DNA of 64,000 bases from Camelus dromedarius (GCF_036321535.1 NC_087437.1:79982001-80046000), one strand, 5' to 3'. Positions 24,215 to 37,100 are shown, numbered from the stretch's first letter. Made by a program: numbers and translations. Notes: generated from the sequence alone by a model not told the origin.

Positions 24215-25670
24215 ATGGCAATAAACATATCAATAATTATCTATCAATAATTACTGTAAATGTTAATGGACTAAATGCTCCAATGGAAAGACACAGAGTG
24301 GCAGACTGGATAGTAAAACAAGAACCTACAATATGCTGCATACAAGAGGCCCAATTTAGGGAGAAGGACTCACATAGATTGAGAGTGAGAGGATAGAAAA
24401 AGATATTCCAGGCAAATGGAAATAACAAGAAAGCAGGAGTAGCAATAATGATTTCAGACAAAATAGATTTTAAAACAAAGGCCATAAAGAAATATAAAGA
24501 ACATTATATAATGATTAAAGGAGAAATACAAGATGAGGATATTACACTCTTGTGTAATATCAAACAAACTCTTCCAGAAGATTGAAAAGGAGGGAATACT
24601 ACTGAACTCATTCTATGAAGCCACCATCATCCTGATACCAAAACCAGGCAAAGACACTACCAGAAAAGACCATTATCACTGATGAACATAGATGTAAAAA
24701 TCCTCAACAAAATATTAGCAAACAGAATCCAACATCATATAAAAAAGATCATACACCATGATCAAGTTGGGTTCATCCCAGGAACACAAGGATGGTTCAA
24801 CATACCAAATCAATCAATATGTTACACCACATCGACAAAAGAAAGGACAAAAACCACATGATCATCTCAATAGATGCAGAAAAAGCATTTGATAAAATTC
24901 AACATCCATTTATGATAAAAAAAAAAAAAAAACCCTTACCAAAGTGGCTATAGAGGGAACATATCTCAACATAAAGCTATTTATGACAAACCTACAGCCA
25001 GCATAGTATTCAATGGTGAAAAACTGAAAACCTTCCCACTAAAATCTGGGACACAACAAGGTTGCCCACCATCACCACTCCTATTCAACATCGTGTTGGA
25101 AGTCCTAGCCACAGCAATCAGGCAAGAGAGAGAAATAAAAGGGATCCAAATTGGAAAAGAAGAGGTAAAATTGTCACTATATGCAGACATTATACTATAT
25201 AGAGAAAACCCTAAAAGCTCTACACAAAAACTACTAGAGCTAACAAAAGAATTCGGCAAGGTATCAGAATAGAAGATTAATGTACAAAGATCAGTTGCAT
25301 TACTTTACACTAAGGATGAATCAACAGGAAAAGAGAATAAAGAAACACTCCCTTTTAAAATAGCACCCAAAGTAATAAAATACCTAGGAATAAATCTAAC
25401 CAAGGAGGTGAAAGACTTATATATGGGGAACTACAAAACATTAATTAATGAAATTAAAGAAGACTTAAAGAAATGGAAAGATATCCCATGCTTCTTGATT
25501 GGAAGAATCAATTACATTTATACAACGGAATACTACTCAGCCATAAAAATGATAAAATAATGCCATTTGCAGCAACATGGATGGTCCTGGAGAATGTCAT
25601 TCTAAGTGAAGTAAGCCAGAAAGAGAAAGAAAAATACCATATGATATCACTCATATGGGGAATTTAAAAT
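24215..25670 (+). pseudogene. L1 ORF2p remnant with two large internal deletions
   Basis: EN N-terminus (ITVNVNGLNAP, CCIQE), a jump at ~24555 to [12 protein letters not shown] motifs ([35 protein letters not shown]), then a jump at ~25512 to the C-terminal IMPFAATWM.LENVILSEVSQ. Confidence 0.88.
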
Positions 25671-25996
25671 AAAAAAAGACAAATGAACTTATATATAAAA
25701 CAGACAGACTCACAGACATAGAATACAGACTTGCAGTTGCCACAGCGGAGGGCATGGGAAGGGATAAACTATGAGTTCCAGATTTGCAGATACTGCCTAG
25801 TATAAATAAAATATATAAACAAGTTTATTCTGTATAGCACAGGGAAATATAGTCAATATCTTGTAGTAGCTTACAGTGAAAAAGAATACAAAAATGAACA
25901 TATGTATATCCATGTATGACTGAAGCATTGTGCTGTACACCAGAAACTGACACAACATTGTAAACTGACTATACCTCAATAAAAAAAAAATTAAAT

Positions 25997-26176
25997 AAAA
26001 TAAAACAACAAAGTCCTACTGTATATCACAGGGAACTATATTCAATATCTTGTAACAACCTATAATGGAAAATATGAAAAGAATATACATATGTGTGTGT
26101 GTGTATAACCAAATCACCCTGTTGTACACCAGAAACTAACACAACATTGTAAATCAACTATACTTCAATTAAAAAA
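25997..26176 (+). mobile_element. Older L1 3' end, right half
   Basis: aacaacaaagtcctactgtatatcacagggaactatattcaa...aaatcaactatacttcaattaaaaaa resumes the element begun at 21061. Confidence 0.85.
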
Positions 26177-26711
26177 CATTTGCATACTCATATAAAACCA
26201 CCATCTCCCATATGGACAGTCTTGACAAAAGAGCCAGAAATAGACAAAATCATTGGTCAAAGATCTTTTCCCCTTACCAGACTGTGCCAACATTGATCCA
26301 GTGTCCATTCACCTTCCTCCCCTTTGCCTTTGTCTTGGAGCTGTTAGTGCTCTCTTTTGATAGATTAAACGCTTTTTAAATTGGTATTAATATACTCCAT
26401 TGAATTACTATCAAGTCTTGCAGGCCCAGTAGCTAGTTTGCCTCTTTGGCAGTTTTGTGCATTTCTTAGCTCAATTGACATTCAAATTTTACTCTTAGAG
26501 CAGGGAGAGCAATTAGATTTTCCTCATTTCAAAGTTCCTAGGGGAACCTTCACTTTATCATGATATCATAACAATAATTAGATAAAACAACTAATAAGAG
26601 GGAAAAAATGTTTCCCAGTGGACCTTATTGGGTAGAGAGTCAAAGTCTCACAATGTCACGAGAAGCTGAATTGCTGCCCAGCTGAGTCCTGACACCACAG
26701 AGGAAGCCAGC

Positions 26712-26730
26712 AGACGCCCCCTGCTGGCAG
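26712..26730 (-). promoter_or_regulatory. CTCF binding motif
   Basis: Minus strand reads CTGCCAGCAGGGGGCGTCT, a close match to the CTCF core CCASYAGRKGGCRS. It lies in apparently non-repetitive sequence and keeps its CpG. Confidence 0.6.
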
Positions 26731-27124
26731 GTCCAGCTCACACAGGTCTGGGATCACAGCAAAGGAGATCCAAGCTCCTGCCCCACCTTCCGGGTTCTTG
26801 CACCCCGTGTTGTTCAGCTCTCTCTGAACTGTTCCTAGACTATGACAATGTGCATTTCAGGTTGCCTAGAGACCGTGGCCCCATTATGTGCGCCAGTATC
26901 AGATGCTCAGTGAAACAAGGGACACAGGCAGCCTGACACGACCCTACAAAGACGAACCTGGGGGAAAAAAACATTTTGACCTCATTTTCCTCCCTACCTC
27001 TCTCTAACTCCCTTCTCATCTCCTCCCATCAGCCTCTTAGGGTAAAGATCAAGGTGGAGAAGGATCCAAGGAGCAAATAGAGCTTAACTGAAACAGTAAA
27101 TAAAAATGCAAATAAGCAGTGGGA

Positions 27125-27270
27125 ATTTGGTCAAGTCCCTTCTTTAGACATCAGTTTCCTTACTTTTAGAATAAAAATAACAGTAGCTACAGAACTACTG
27201 TAATAAATAAATAAAGCTAGTTCATGGAAGAGTATTTAGCAAAGCACCTGATATACAGTAAAAGCTTTAA
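27125..27270 (+). mobile_element. MIR SINE
   Basis: ttggtcaagtc...tcagtttcctt...aaaataacagtagctac...tttagcaaagcacctg matches the MIR core and tail. Confidence 0.6.
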
Positions 27271-29789
27271 CTACACCAGCTATCGTTGTCAATGGCGTTA
27301 GTACTACTGCAACCACTACCCCAATCCACTCCTCTGCCCCGTTTACTTTGAACATCCTGCCAGTTAAGCTCTATCTTCCTGAGGTTGGATTCTTGTTCTT
27401 AAATCCAGACTTGTAGGTTTGCTTTCATACCTGGAGATCCAAATGGTCGATGGTGAATCCTGGCTTTCCTCCCTTCCAGATTCCCTGTAATTGGGCTCCA
27501 GTAACCTCTGTCACGTATTTAACTTCTCTGATGAGAACAGCTTTACTGAATTACCCACTGATGAACTGTGCTACACCTGCTGAATATGACCATCTTTTTA
27601 TAACAAGGTTAGGCACGAGAAGTCGGTAGCTTTGGGACTTACCTCATGTCTTTGTCTTAACTGGTAATAGTTGAGATAATCATAATCCAAGCTGTAACAA
27701 GGACAAAAGTTTCATTTTTAAATCCTTGGTGTTATTCGGAACCATGGGCATTACTTTTGTTTTTAAGAGTGACATTTAGAGAACGAAAAGATGCACCATT
27801 AGGAGTTATGGGTCTGTACACAAATGAATACAAATGCAAACACAAAATGCCTTGGTCATTCCTAGTTTCCTCTCTGAGTCTATAGTTTATGGCTGAAAGC
27901 TTCATTGGTCACAGAAACCATTTTGGAAGGATCATTACCAACTCATAAAAGTTTGACAGTCAAAACATATTAGGTGATTGTTGGCCATAACTGACGGAAT
28001 CTATGAGCATTAAGTGGAGCAAAGCTGAGACTTGAGGATTGCTCTAAGGCTCTGAATACCAACAATGCATTTGAATTCAATAATTTACTGTGGCCAACTT
28101 AGGATGGCCTTGTGGAGCACTTTAAACTCTATTGCTGGCTGGAGTGGTCATTTGATGGGTGAGGGGGTTTTGTTTTATTGCCCAACAGGTGTAGGTACTT
28201 TTTCTTTGCTTAGCAACAAGATGTCACTATTGCTTTTCTACCCTCAAAGCCCCACTCTCCTCTGCCCAGCTTCAAGAGGTATTAAGTGGTACGGAAAATG
28301 ATTTTATCTTCACTTTAGGATTGTGTCCTCCAAATGAAGCAGAAAGCTGGCTGTTTTCTCAAGGACCAGGAATCTAATAAAAAGCTGAGCTGCCACAGGG
28401 ATGAGAAAAGGGTGAACCTGAGAGAATCAGACATCCATCACTTAAGCTGGGCACCTGAAACTACTTAAACAGACATAATTTATGCCCCAGGATTTCTCAG
28501 CTTGATTTAATTTCTTGTGCTTTAAAAGGCCGGCTTGATGTGTTAGATTTTCTATGGAAGGTAAAATTGCAAAATTGTCATTGGGAGTACATAAATAACA
28601 ATGTCTATAATAAAGGGTAATCAGGATATGTGAAACCTCCAATGCTGCTGATTCCCGGCCTAAGGCCTTGCATGTATCTTTGCAAAGCTTAAATGTGGCC
28701 CACGAATCAAACCAAAAAGAGAGAACACTTATGAACTGTCTTGATGCTGTGATTAACAGTAAGATCACATCCTTTGAAAAATGCAAAATGGCATTGTTAT
28801 TTAAAGTTTCTTTAGGGTGTATAAACATGGAGGAATAAATGAGTTTAAGTATTTTACTCTGCAGAAAAATAGCTATTTTAGCCATTTGTCAGCAACTCAA
28901 ATGAATTCTGTGGCCTTTCTTTGATCTGTTGATTAAGGGTTGTAAGTGGTGAAGTAATCACTTGAAACTAATGGGATTCCCCTGGAAGCATGCAGAAGTG
29001 CTGCTCGCAGTGTTCTAGCTTAAGCACAGAATCTAGAGGAGAAACGTTTTCTGAGCCCATTAAACTTGTCCCTTATAATGTAGCAGCTAGACACGAATCA
29101 GCTGTGTGATTGTGGCCCGTTCTTTTAGCTTATTCTTCCACTGCAAAATAAGCAAAATAAGTGGTTTGAGTAAAACCACCTTATATCCCCTTGTAACCAT
29201 TAAGCTATAAAATTCCAGCGTACTTATACCGGAATTCCTCTAGAGTGGCAGGACCATCAAATGAGCTTTTTTTTTTTTTTTTTTTTTTTGAGGTTATTCT
29301 CAATCAAATGCAAACAAAGTTCTAATTTTAACAATCACATGCTGTATTTTGGATGGACAATTTGGTTGACAATTTTTTTAATACCTAAGTTTTTTTAGGA
29401 GCTAAAAAGAGCTTTCCCAGAAAGTTATATTTGTTATTGTCAGTTTCAAATGAAACATAAAGAGGGCCAAGTATTAATTTTATATACTTTTTTAAGCCAT
29501 TTATTCTTCCTCCTCTTCTTAGTCCTTCTATTTCTTCCATATCATGCTTCATCAATTTCCTGGAACTGTCTGCTCACAATTCAATGCTCATAAATGATAT
29601 AAGTGGCTTCTCCATAACCAAAGATGCTAAGTGCCAATGCATTTGCCATCATGCTTTGGACCATATCACCCCAATGTCTTTGTTATACTTGAAGAACCCG
29701 TGAACCAAAGGCACCAAACCCTACAATGACTTACACGGCCTCTGATGCATATCCTAGAGTTAAACATCTATTCATTATAGGTACTCTGT

Positions 29790-30240
29790 GCCCAACCATG
29801 ATTATCTGTCCTGATTAGGTCTCTTCTCCTGAGAAACTTGCATAAAAAGAATAGAGACAGAGGAGGCACAGTAGCACAGAAGGAAAGACACATGGAGAGT
29901 GTGCAATGAGCAGGAGTCATGAGACAGGAGGAGCCATGAGTAAATGAAGGCCAGGAGGTAGCCTGATCCTAGTCAACAGCAGAAACAGAAGTCAAGAAAG
30001 AAGTACAGAGAGCACGAAACTGAGTCGGGGATAATTCATGACTGGAATTATTGCTGGATCCCTAGGGCAGCTTGAATTCTTCCTGAGTTCCAGTTCTCCA
30101 GGACACCTGACTAAGTATCTGCTGAGACTTTGTTCAGCACTTCCTTGACTCCTCTGTGTGAATCCAGACCAAAAACTCATGTTATGAAAAGAAACCTGCA
30201 TACCCTTCTGTTCTTTGCAACCTGAAAGAACCTAACACAC
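29790..30240 (+). mobile_element. Old MaLR/ERVL-type LTR remnant
   Basis: The 3' end ttctgttctttgcaacctgaaagaacctaacaca resembles MLT1-type LTR termini. The left boundary is uncertain. Confidence 0.5.
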
Positions 30241-30250
30241 AGAAGCTTCA

Positions 30251-30630
30251 ATAAGTGAAACAAGCCAGACAAAGACCAATGCTGTATGGTATCGTTTATA
30301 TGTGGAATCTAAAAAATACAAACTAGTGACTATAACAAAAAAGAAGCACACTCACAGATACAAGGAACAAACTAGTGGTTGCCAGTGGGGAAAGGGAAGT
30401 GGGGAGGGGCAATATAGGCATAGGGGATTAAGAAGTACAAACTCTTATGAATAAAACAAGCTACAAGTACAACACAGGAGACATAAGCAGTATTTTATAA
30501 TAACTATAAATGGTTTATAACATTTAAAAATTGTGAATCAGTATATTGCACACCAGCAAATTATGAATCTTAAATTAACAATGGTACAATAAAAAGTATA
30601 TGTACTGCAAATTAATTAATTAATTAAAAT
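30251..30630 (+). mobile_element. 5'-truncated L1 3' end
   Basis: taagtgaaacaagccagacaaagac...atatgtggaatctaaaaaa...actagtggttgccagtgggg matches the L1 ORF2 end and 3' UTR. Confidence 0.85.
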
Positions 30631-33102
30631 CAACCTGTTGTCCCTGGTCCAAGATGAGCTTACTCCAGAATATGCAACAGCCTGGGATATCTCCACAACA
30701 ATAGGCAGGGAGTGACAGCAGAGCCCACGTGGGTCCCTATCTCAGGTTACAGTAAAGCATCTTAGTAAAAGGATAAGAGGTCAAGGAATCTCATGCTAAA
30801 AACTAAAAGCTGGTAAGAGACAAGCATCTGTATGGCATTTATTTGCGCTGTCCCTGTTCATCATCTGCAGGGATGCTCAAGATGGAAGCATAATGAGTTT
30901 ATCTCGTAAATAGAGTTTGGCCCATGTTCTTATTGCTTCCATGAAAGCCTGGTATCAACAGTGCGGTTTATCATTCCTACCAGGGAATGTCAGAAGAATT
31001 ATATAAATTAAACCACAGAATGCTTACTCTGCCCGCTAGATGTTGAAGTGTTTATCAGCGCTCTAACTGGAGTCCTGTCCACGAGGCTGAAAGAGCTCAG
31101 GGCCAGTTTCTCACGTAGCTCCTGTCGATGGGCATGGTTTCCAGAAAACCTGGTTACATCTGGTGTGTACCTAGCAGCTCGGCATTGATATTTTATTCAT
31201 TTCATAGCTAGCAGCAGTTTTGCAGGCAGTATCTTCCTGAAACAGTGGCTTCAGTACAGATAGCAAGGTAGCTATGGTATGGTTGCTCTGGTCTGTCAAG
31301 TGGAAAACTTTAAAAGGAAAACCTGCGTGATTTGAATACCCTTGTAAACTGTGTTTAACGCAACTTTAAATGAAAGGAGAGGAGTTGGTCACAGAAACAA
31401 AAGCGCTCAATGCATCTCTCTCTCCAATCAGATCGCAAAGTAAAACTTGTGCGATGTCAGGAGAATGAAAGTCCTCATCGTAGAGTCATTTCAGGAACCA
31501 AGGAACCCAGAACAACATTCTGACACACGGAAAAAAAAAGGCAATGCTTTCCCCACTCCAATTTAGTTTGTCAGTCAAGCAATCTGCCAACAACGAACAT
31601 ACTCATTTGGCGCAGCGTCATTGCTAATTTGAGAATCAGTATATTTTCATTTTCCTTCTGTCCAGCTAATCTTATGTTTAAATTGGAACTTAAAACAGGA
31701 AGAATTAAGATCATGCATTCCTCACGGTAAAAGATGTCTAGTTTTTACTGTCCATAGAGCGAGATGCAGCTGTAGCTGCTGACCAATTTCATTCATTTAT
31801 TTAGAAAGATGAATGGCTCAGACTGGATTTTAAAATCCTTAAAGGGAAAATACTATTTAGCCAATTTATCCAGTTAATTACTCTATCGAAGGTATGACAC
31901 TTGTAATGGTATCTTGCCCACAGCTATCAATACTGTGATCCCCCAACGACCCTTCCCATTACATCTCCTGCACAGTTCACACTAGGGTCCTGTGATTTAT
32001 ATGAAGGATAAAAGAAGATTTGAGAAGCCTGATGCGATCTTCTCAATGTTGCCTGATTGGTAGATGTTGTAAAGACTGATAATTCTGCATGCTGGTGATG
32101 TTGAAAGCCATGAAAGTGTTTTCTAACTGCATCTTTCAATCTTGAACATCTCACACAAAAAAAGCAATTGGGGACTAAAGAGAACCATAAAATATTGGGG
32201 TAGAGATAGGATGCACAGAGTGAGAAGAATGGCCATTGGTAAAATGCTATGTTGTTCTGTGATGAATTTTCACTTTACTCTGAATACCAGACTGACCAGG
32301 TCAGGCTAATACAAGTTGTCATCCAACAGCAACAGAATTTCAGAGTTATGAATGTGCTTTTTTGTTGTTGCTGTATGACAGTGAGGATGTGTCACAGGTC
32401 TTAGTAAAACACTTCAGAACAAAGACTTGGTCCACAGTGGAATTTCGGTTTGGGGAGAAACTTTGTTCTCCTTCCATCTTTCATCCATGACCTTCACCTA
32501 CCATTTTTATCCTAGTGAATTCTGGTTACAATAAACATCAAAAGAATGTACAGCCTAAGAGGAGCACATGAAAAAAGAGAAGGGAGCATCAAAGCCCATC
32601 TGTCTTCTCTGGGGCGGGGGTTGGGTGTTTTTTTTTTTTTTAATTCAGCTGCTGCTCTATGTTTTGTTTCTCTGTTCCTTTAATACAGTGTAGATTTAGC
32701 AAATACACCTATAGAGAAAAAGACAAAACTTTTTTTTTCCTGACTTAGCACCTTCCTTGTGAAAGGTCTTCCACTAGTCACTGTGGAGGGTGGAGGGAAA
32801 ATAGTAACCCAGTCCTCGCCCTCCTGACTTCTCAGGTTGTGCTGTAAATGGCAAACTGAGATGAAAGGGTGGATATGAATATAGTCTGGAAAATAGAGAA
32901 CAAGGCGGGAGAGGTTGATTCCTACCTGAGAGATACAAGAAACCTAAACTTAAAAAAAAAAAAAATTAAGTAGAGCCTTGGAGGATAGGAATTTAAGTAA
33001 TCCAAAGAGTAACAGACCATTTGGTACTGAGAGAAGGCATACAAAAATTTGTTCAATCAATGTTTATCCAATCAAAGAGTTATCTACTATGTACACAATG
33101 GA

Positions 33103-33372
33103 ATGGAAACCATTGCAGCTGCTAAGGAAAGCAGTACGAAGTTTCTTTAAAAAATTAAAAATGTAGTTAGCATATGATCCAGCCATTCCACGTCTGGGTA
33201 TTTATCAAAAGAAAGCAAAAACATTAACTCAAAAAGATATTCGCACCCTCATGTTTACTGCAGCATTATTTGCAACAGCCAAGATATGGAAACAACCCTT
33301 TGCCTTCATCAATGAATATGATATATCTCAATTATACCTTAATAAATAAAATCTTTAAACAGTAAAAAAAAA
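33103..33372 (+). mobile_element. L1 (L1MA/MB-like) fragment
   Basis: catatgatccagccattccacgtctgggtatttatc...catgtttactgcagcattatttgcaacagccaagatatggaaacaacc, then a jump to the terminal tcaattataccttaataaa. Confidence 0.8.
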
Positions 33373-33951
33373 TTAATTAATTAATAATAAACTATTCGTC
33401 TAAGGCAATGTTAGAACAGATTTATAGAAGGGCATCTTTCTGAAGTGCTGGAAAGCAGAGTATTAGTGGTATTTGAGGGGAAATGTTGGAAGACAAGGTT
33501 ATAGAGAGAGACAATGACCCACTTCCTGTAGACTGCAGTCCATCATGCCTAGGGGCAATGGATAGTGTTTGAAGAAGGGAGTCATTTAAAAAGAGATGCT
33601 TCCAAAGGTACCTGTGGCAGCACTGTTAAGAATGGATTAGAATGTGTACTGACTAGAGGCAAAGATACCAGTTAATTAATTACTGCAGTTCTAGTAAGTT
33701 CCAATAAAATGTTAAAAATAACCAATAATTCTTTAGGGTGTTGGAATCTACAAAGTTCTCTCACTCTCACACACAGCCTCATTCGAATGCAGCTTGATAC
33801 AGGGCAGAAAGGTAGGACTAAAAACAAAGCACAGATGTTGTAGCTTTGTAGAGGCAGAAAAGGAGCTGACTACTGCTTGAATGTGGACCATGGTGAAGCT
33901 GTCAAAGGACTTCAGTGTGAGTTGAGAGCTGTTCCTCATCATCACCGCCAC

Positions 33952-34155
33952 CAACATATTGAGGACACACTAAGCATTAGGCCCTGGGCTGAGAATGTAT
34001 ATTAGACAACCTCATCTAATCCTCACAGCTACTTGTGGTCACCCCATTTCATAGATAAGAAAGCTGAGGTTCAGGGGACATTAAGAAGTCTGCTCAAGAT
34101 CACACAGCTGGCAAGTGGCAGAGCCAAGACCCATCTGACTCCAAAGCTATCAACC
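33952..34155 (-). mobile_element. MIR SINE
   Basis: ctcatctaatcctcacag...ccccatttcatagataagaaagctgaggttcag...aagatcacacagctggcaagtggcagagcc. Confidence 0.8.
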
Positions 34156-37100
34156 ACTTTTGCCTGTAGTACCTTCCGTAATACTGGTCTGTGGCAGGCC
34201 CAGCAGTACGTTCTTTGTTTATATCTGCATGTATCATGTGAGAGATGCAGATCTCATAAAAATTTTAATTTGACTCTTTTTTTAGGTTATTCCTTATTTT
34301 ATTCAAGGGTAAACAGTCCTTCCTTTTAAAAATGAGCCAAGAACCCATCAGATTTGATTATAATGGCAACAGATCCCATTGAAAGAAATTGGCAATCTCT
34401 CACTACACTAGAATCTGGTTAAAATGGTGTACAAATAATGGGAAGCTTTTCTGTCAAGATGCTGCAGCATCATAATAGAGTCACCTTCACTTTTAGTCAC
34501 TGATTACATCGAAAATCCTTCAAGCGTTGAGGAAAGGAAATCATGTTCCTTATCCGCCTATTCACATATGACAATATTTGTATTCCCAAAATTATTACAT
34601 GCAGTCACAAAGACCTTTCCAGCATGCCTGACTTTAGCACTCCTGTATATGCTATTGTGGGTTTCTTCTGGGGCCTAACTTAAATCTTCCTGATCAGTAG
34701 GACCACTTCGAAGGTTACTGCTTCAGTGCACTAAGCGGGCCCTTGGAGGCATGAAGCAATTAGTGACTCGTCCAGAAATGCCTGGTGACAGCTTAAATCA
34801 GAAGTAAAAATGAAACTTTCAATTGCTACATCTTCTACAATGTATTTCAAATAACTATACACGTGCACACTTCAAAAGGGGTCTCTGATTTTTAATCTAT
34901 GCTGTGCTTGAAATCACAGGCCACTAGTGAGGATTTCTTTTCTTCTATGTACTTTATTTAATTACACAATTATTTTCTCTAGAGAAAGCTTGTATTTGAA
35001 ATGACCTATGCAAAGAAAGGTTTAAAGGTGCAGAGTCTTACTATTTGGAGCATTCATGTATCCTAGTTAAAATGACAAATCCACTCAGTGGAGTTAATAT
35101 ATTTTAATATATGTGGATTTTAATATATTTAATCCACACATACATTAAAGAAATGATGAGCATGTTTTTTCATGAAGTGAATATTATCATGTTTCTCATC
35201 TTGTCTTTTCCTTGCATGGTGTGTGTTATTTATTTTATTCAAAAATTTGTCCTGGAATAAGAGGAAATAAACAGCAGAGTGTGTGAGAACAATTTCTTTC
35301 CAGGGAAAGCAAGCACTAGTATCCAGGAAAAGCCTGTTTAAAGAGCATTGTCTTTCCGGTTAAGCAGGAAATGAATTTGCTACAAAGGGCTGGAACCCAC
35401 TCTGATAGAATTGAAGGTAATTAAAATCTAATGCTAGAATCTAACCATTTGAATTGCAATTTAAATTGGTCAAATAGGATTGAAATCAGAATACCTGACA
35501 AGCTTAAAATGGGACTAACAGAGATTCACTGTGTGCGTGGGAAATGTTTGCTTTCTTCGGACTGAAATGAACATTGCATGGATGAAATAAAATAGTTTCT
35601 AAATTTATATGATTTTCATTAGTATGAAAAAATTATGGTGAGGTTTGGCATCTTACAATATATTAAGACAACAACTGGCATAAAATGAAAAGTTTTCAAT
35701 AACAAACAAAAGATGATTAAGTGTTTGCTGTTTATGAGATCTTATTATTCTAGCATGTATAGTTTATTATATAAAGTCTAAAAGTGGGCATTTTAAAATA
35801 ACAAATTACATTTATTGCTGTCTTAACCTGTCCTCATGGTTAGGCTTAACAGTTATCCTCTCTCCAAAAGCAGAAAACTTAAAGTTACAATGCATATGTT
35901 TCCACAGGTAATTATACTATTTTTATTAAAATGTTATTATATTAAAGTAGTATGAGACATGAAGTAGAAAAGATGCTTATTGCATTTCTTACAGGAAATT
36001 AATAAAGCTCAACCAAAAGGAATCCAATGGAAATTTTGGGAGATTATGATTTGCCAAAGTGAATGCTCAACTTTTTGTTCAACATTTTTTCTATAATGTA
36101 TTACTTATAACATATCACTTCCTGCTTTGCGTCTTACCTAAGACCCTGGGTATGACTTACGTTGCTACCGACCACCAGATGTTCAAGGTTGTTGAGGGCA
36201 TTATGCACTGCAGCTATACCTGTCAGGTTCCATCTTGTTCCAGATGATCAGGGAGAGGATTTTCAGGCCTCACTGGCCAAATAAAATCTAGATCTCTGAA
36301 CGAGGCTGCGAATTGAAATACACTGAGAGAAGAGTTAAAGTACTAACAATAAAAAACAGAGATGGGTAAAATCAACTTTTATTTTCTATTTCAATAGCTT
36401 TCTTTTAAATTGAAATTGTTTTCTACTTAAGGATTGGTTTGGTTGTAATAACACTTATACATACATACACATATGTGCACTTTTTAAGACATTCGTTTCC
36501 TGAGAATTTTCTATCTCAAGAAAATGAGTGCTTCATTCATAGTAAAAGACTTAAGCATCACATAACACAGTCACATAACCTGAAGGAAAATCATTATCCT
36601 AAAAGGGAAACACAAGGAAAAAAGAGTCCCAACAGAATGAAAAAAAATCTAGGTATCTGTCCATTAGCTTTATTGAGATTATAGACAAGCAAATGTTCAT
36701 GAAAGTGTATTTATGTATTTTCCCATTGAAACAATGTTGAGATTAAGAGCTGTGTTCTTGGCAAGAGACTTGGCATAAAAGTAAGGCTAGCTTAAGCCAA
36801 CAATGTCATAAAAACAAGCATAAAATCCTTCCATATATTCAATACTAAAATTATGCCCAGAGTCCAATAAAATGAGCATAAATATTCTACACGCATTGAT
36901 TATACGAGAGGGCACTCTGTGCTACAACGGATACATGATTGTGCTATACTGTAAATTAAAACTACTTAAAATTAATATGCTAGCTCTAATAAAGATTAAA
37001 CATTTAATTAACAATATTTTTGCTTGTCTTCTTAGAAATTTTATGATTTGAAAGTCCTGGCTCTTTTGAATTGCTGTCTAGGGAAGTCTGAAATGACCCT

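Larger units (their letters stand above)
21235..25990 (+). mobile_element. L1 retrotransposon with both ends (CpG-rich 5' UTR, disrupted ORF1, internally deleted ORF2, 3' UTR, poly(A))
   Basis: YY1-type CAAGATGGCGG at 21244-21254. ORF1 pieces appear in the track (22968, 23174, 23438; ...AAREKQRVSYKGTPIRLSADLS...WQDIFKVL). ORF2 EN start at ~24215, RT remnants at 24570-25510, poly(A) at 25981-25990. Confidence 0.95.

Noticed and set aside
23134..25259. Hydrophobic minus-strand ORFs (136, 82 and 92 aa)
   Set aside because: These are antisense translations of L1 ORF1/ORF2, a common artefact.
28442..28885. Longest ORF in the track (147 aa, minus strand)
   Set aside because: No recognisable domain, composition typical of AT-rich non-coding DNA, and no supporting exon structure.
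36168..36186. Second CTCF-like motif (CCACCAGATGTTCA)
   Set aside because: It lacks the GGC core positions and is too weak to call without ChIP data.
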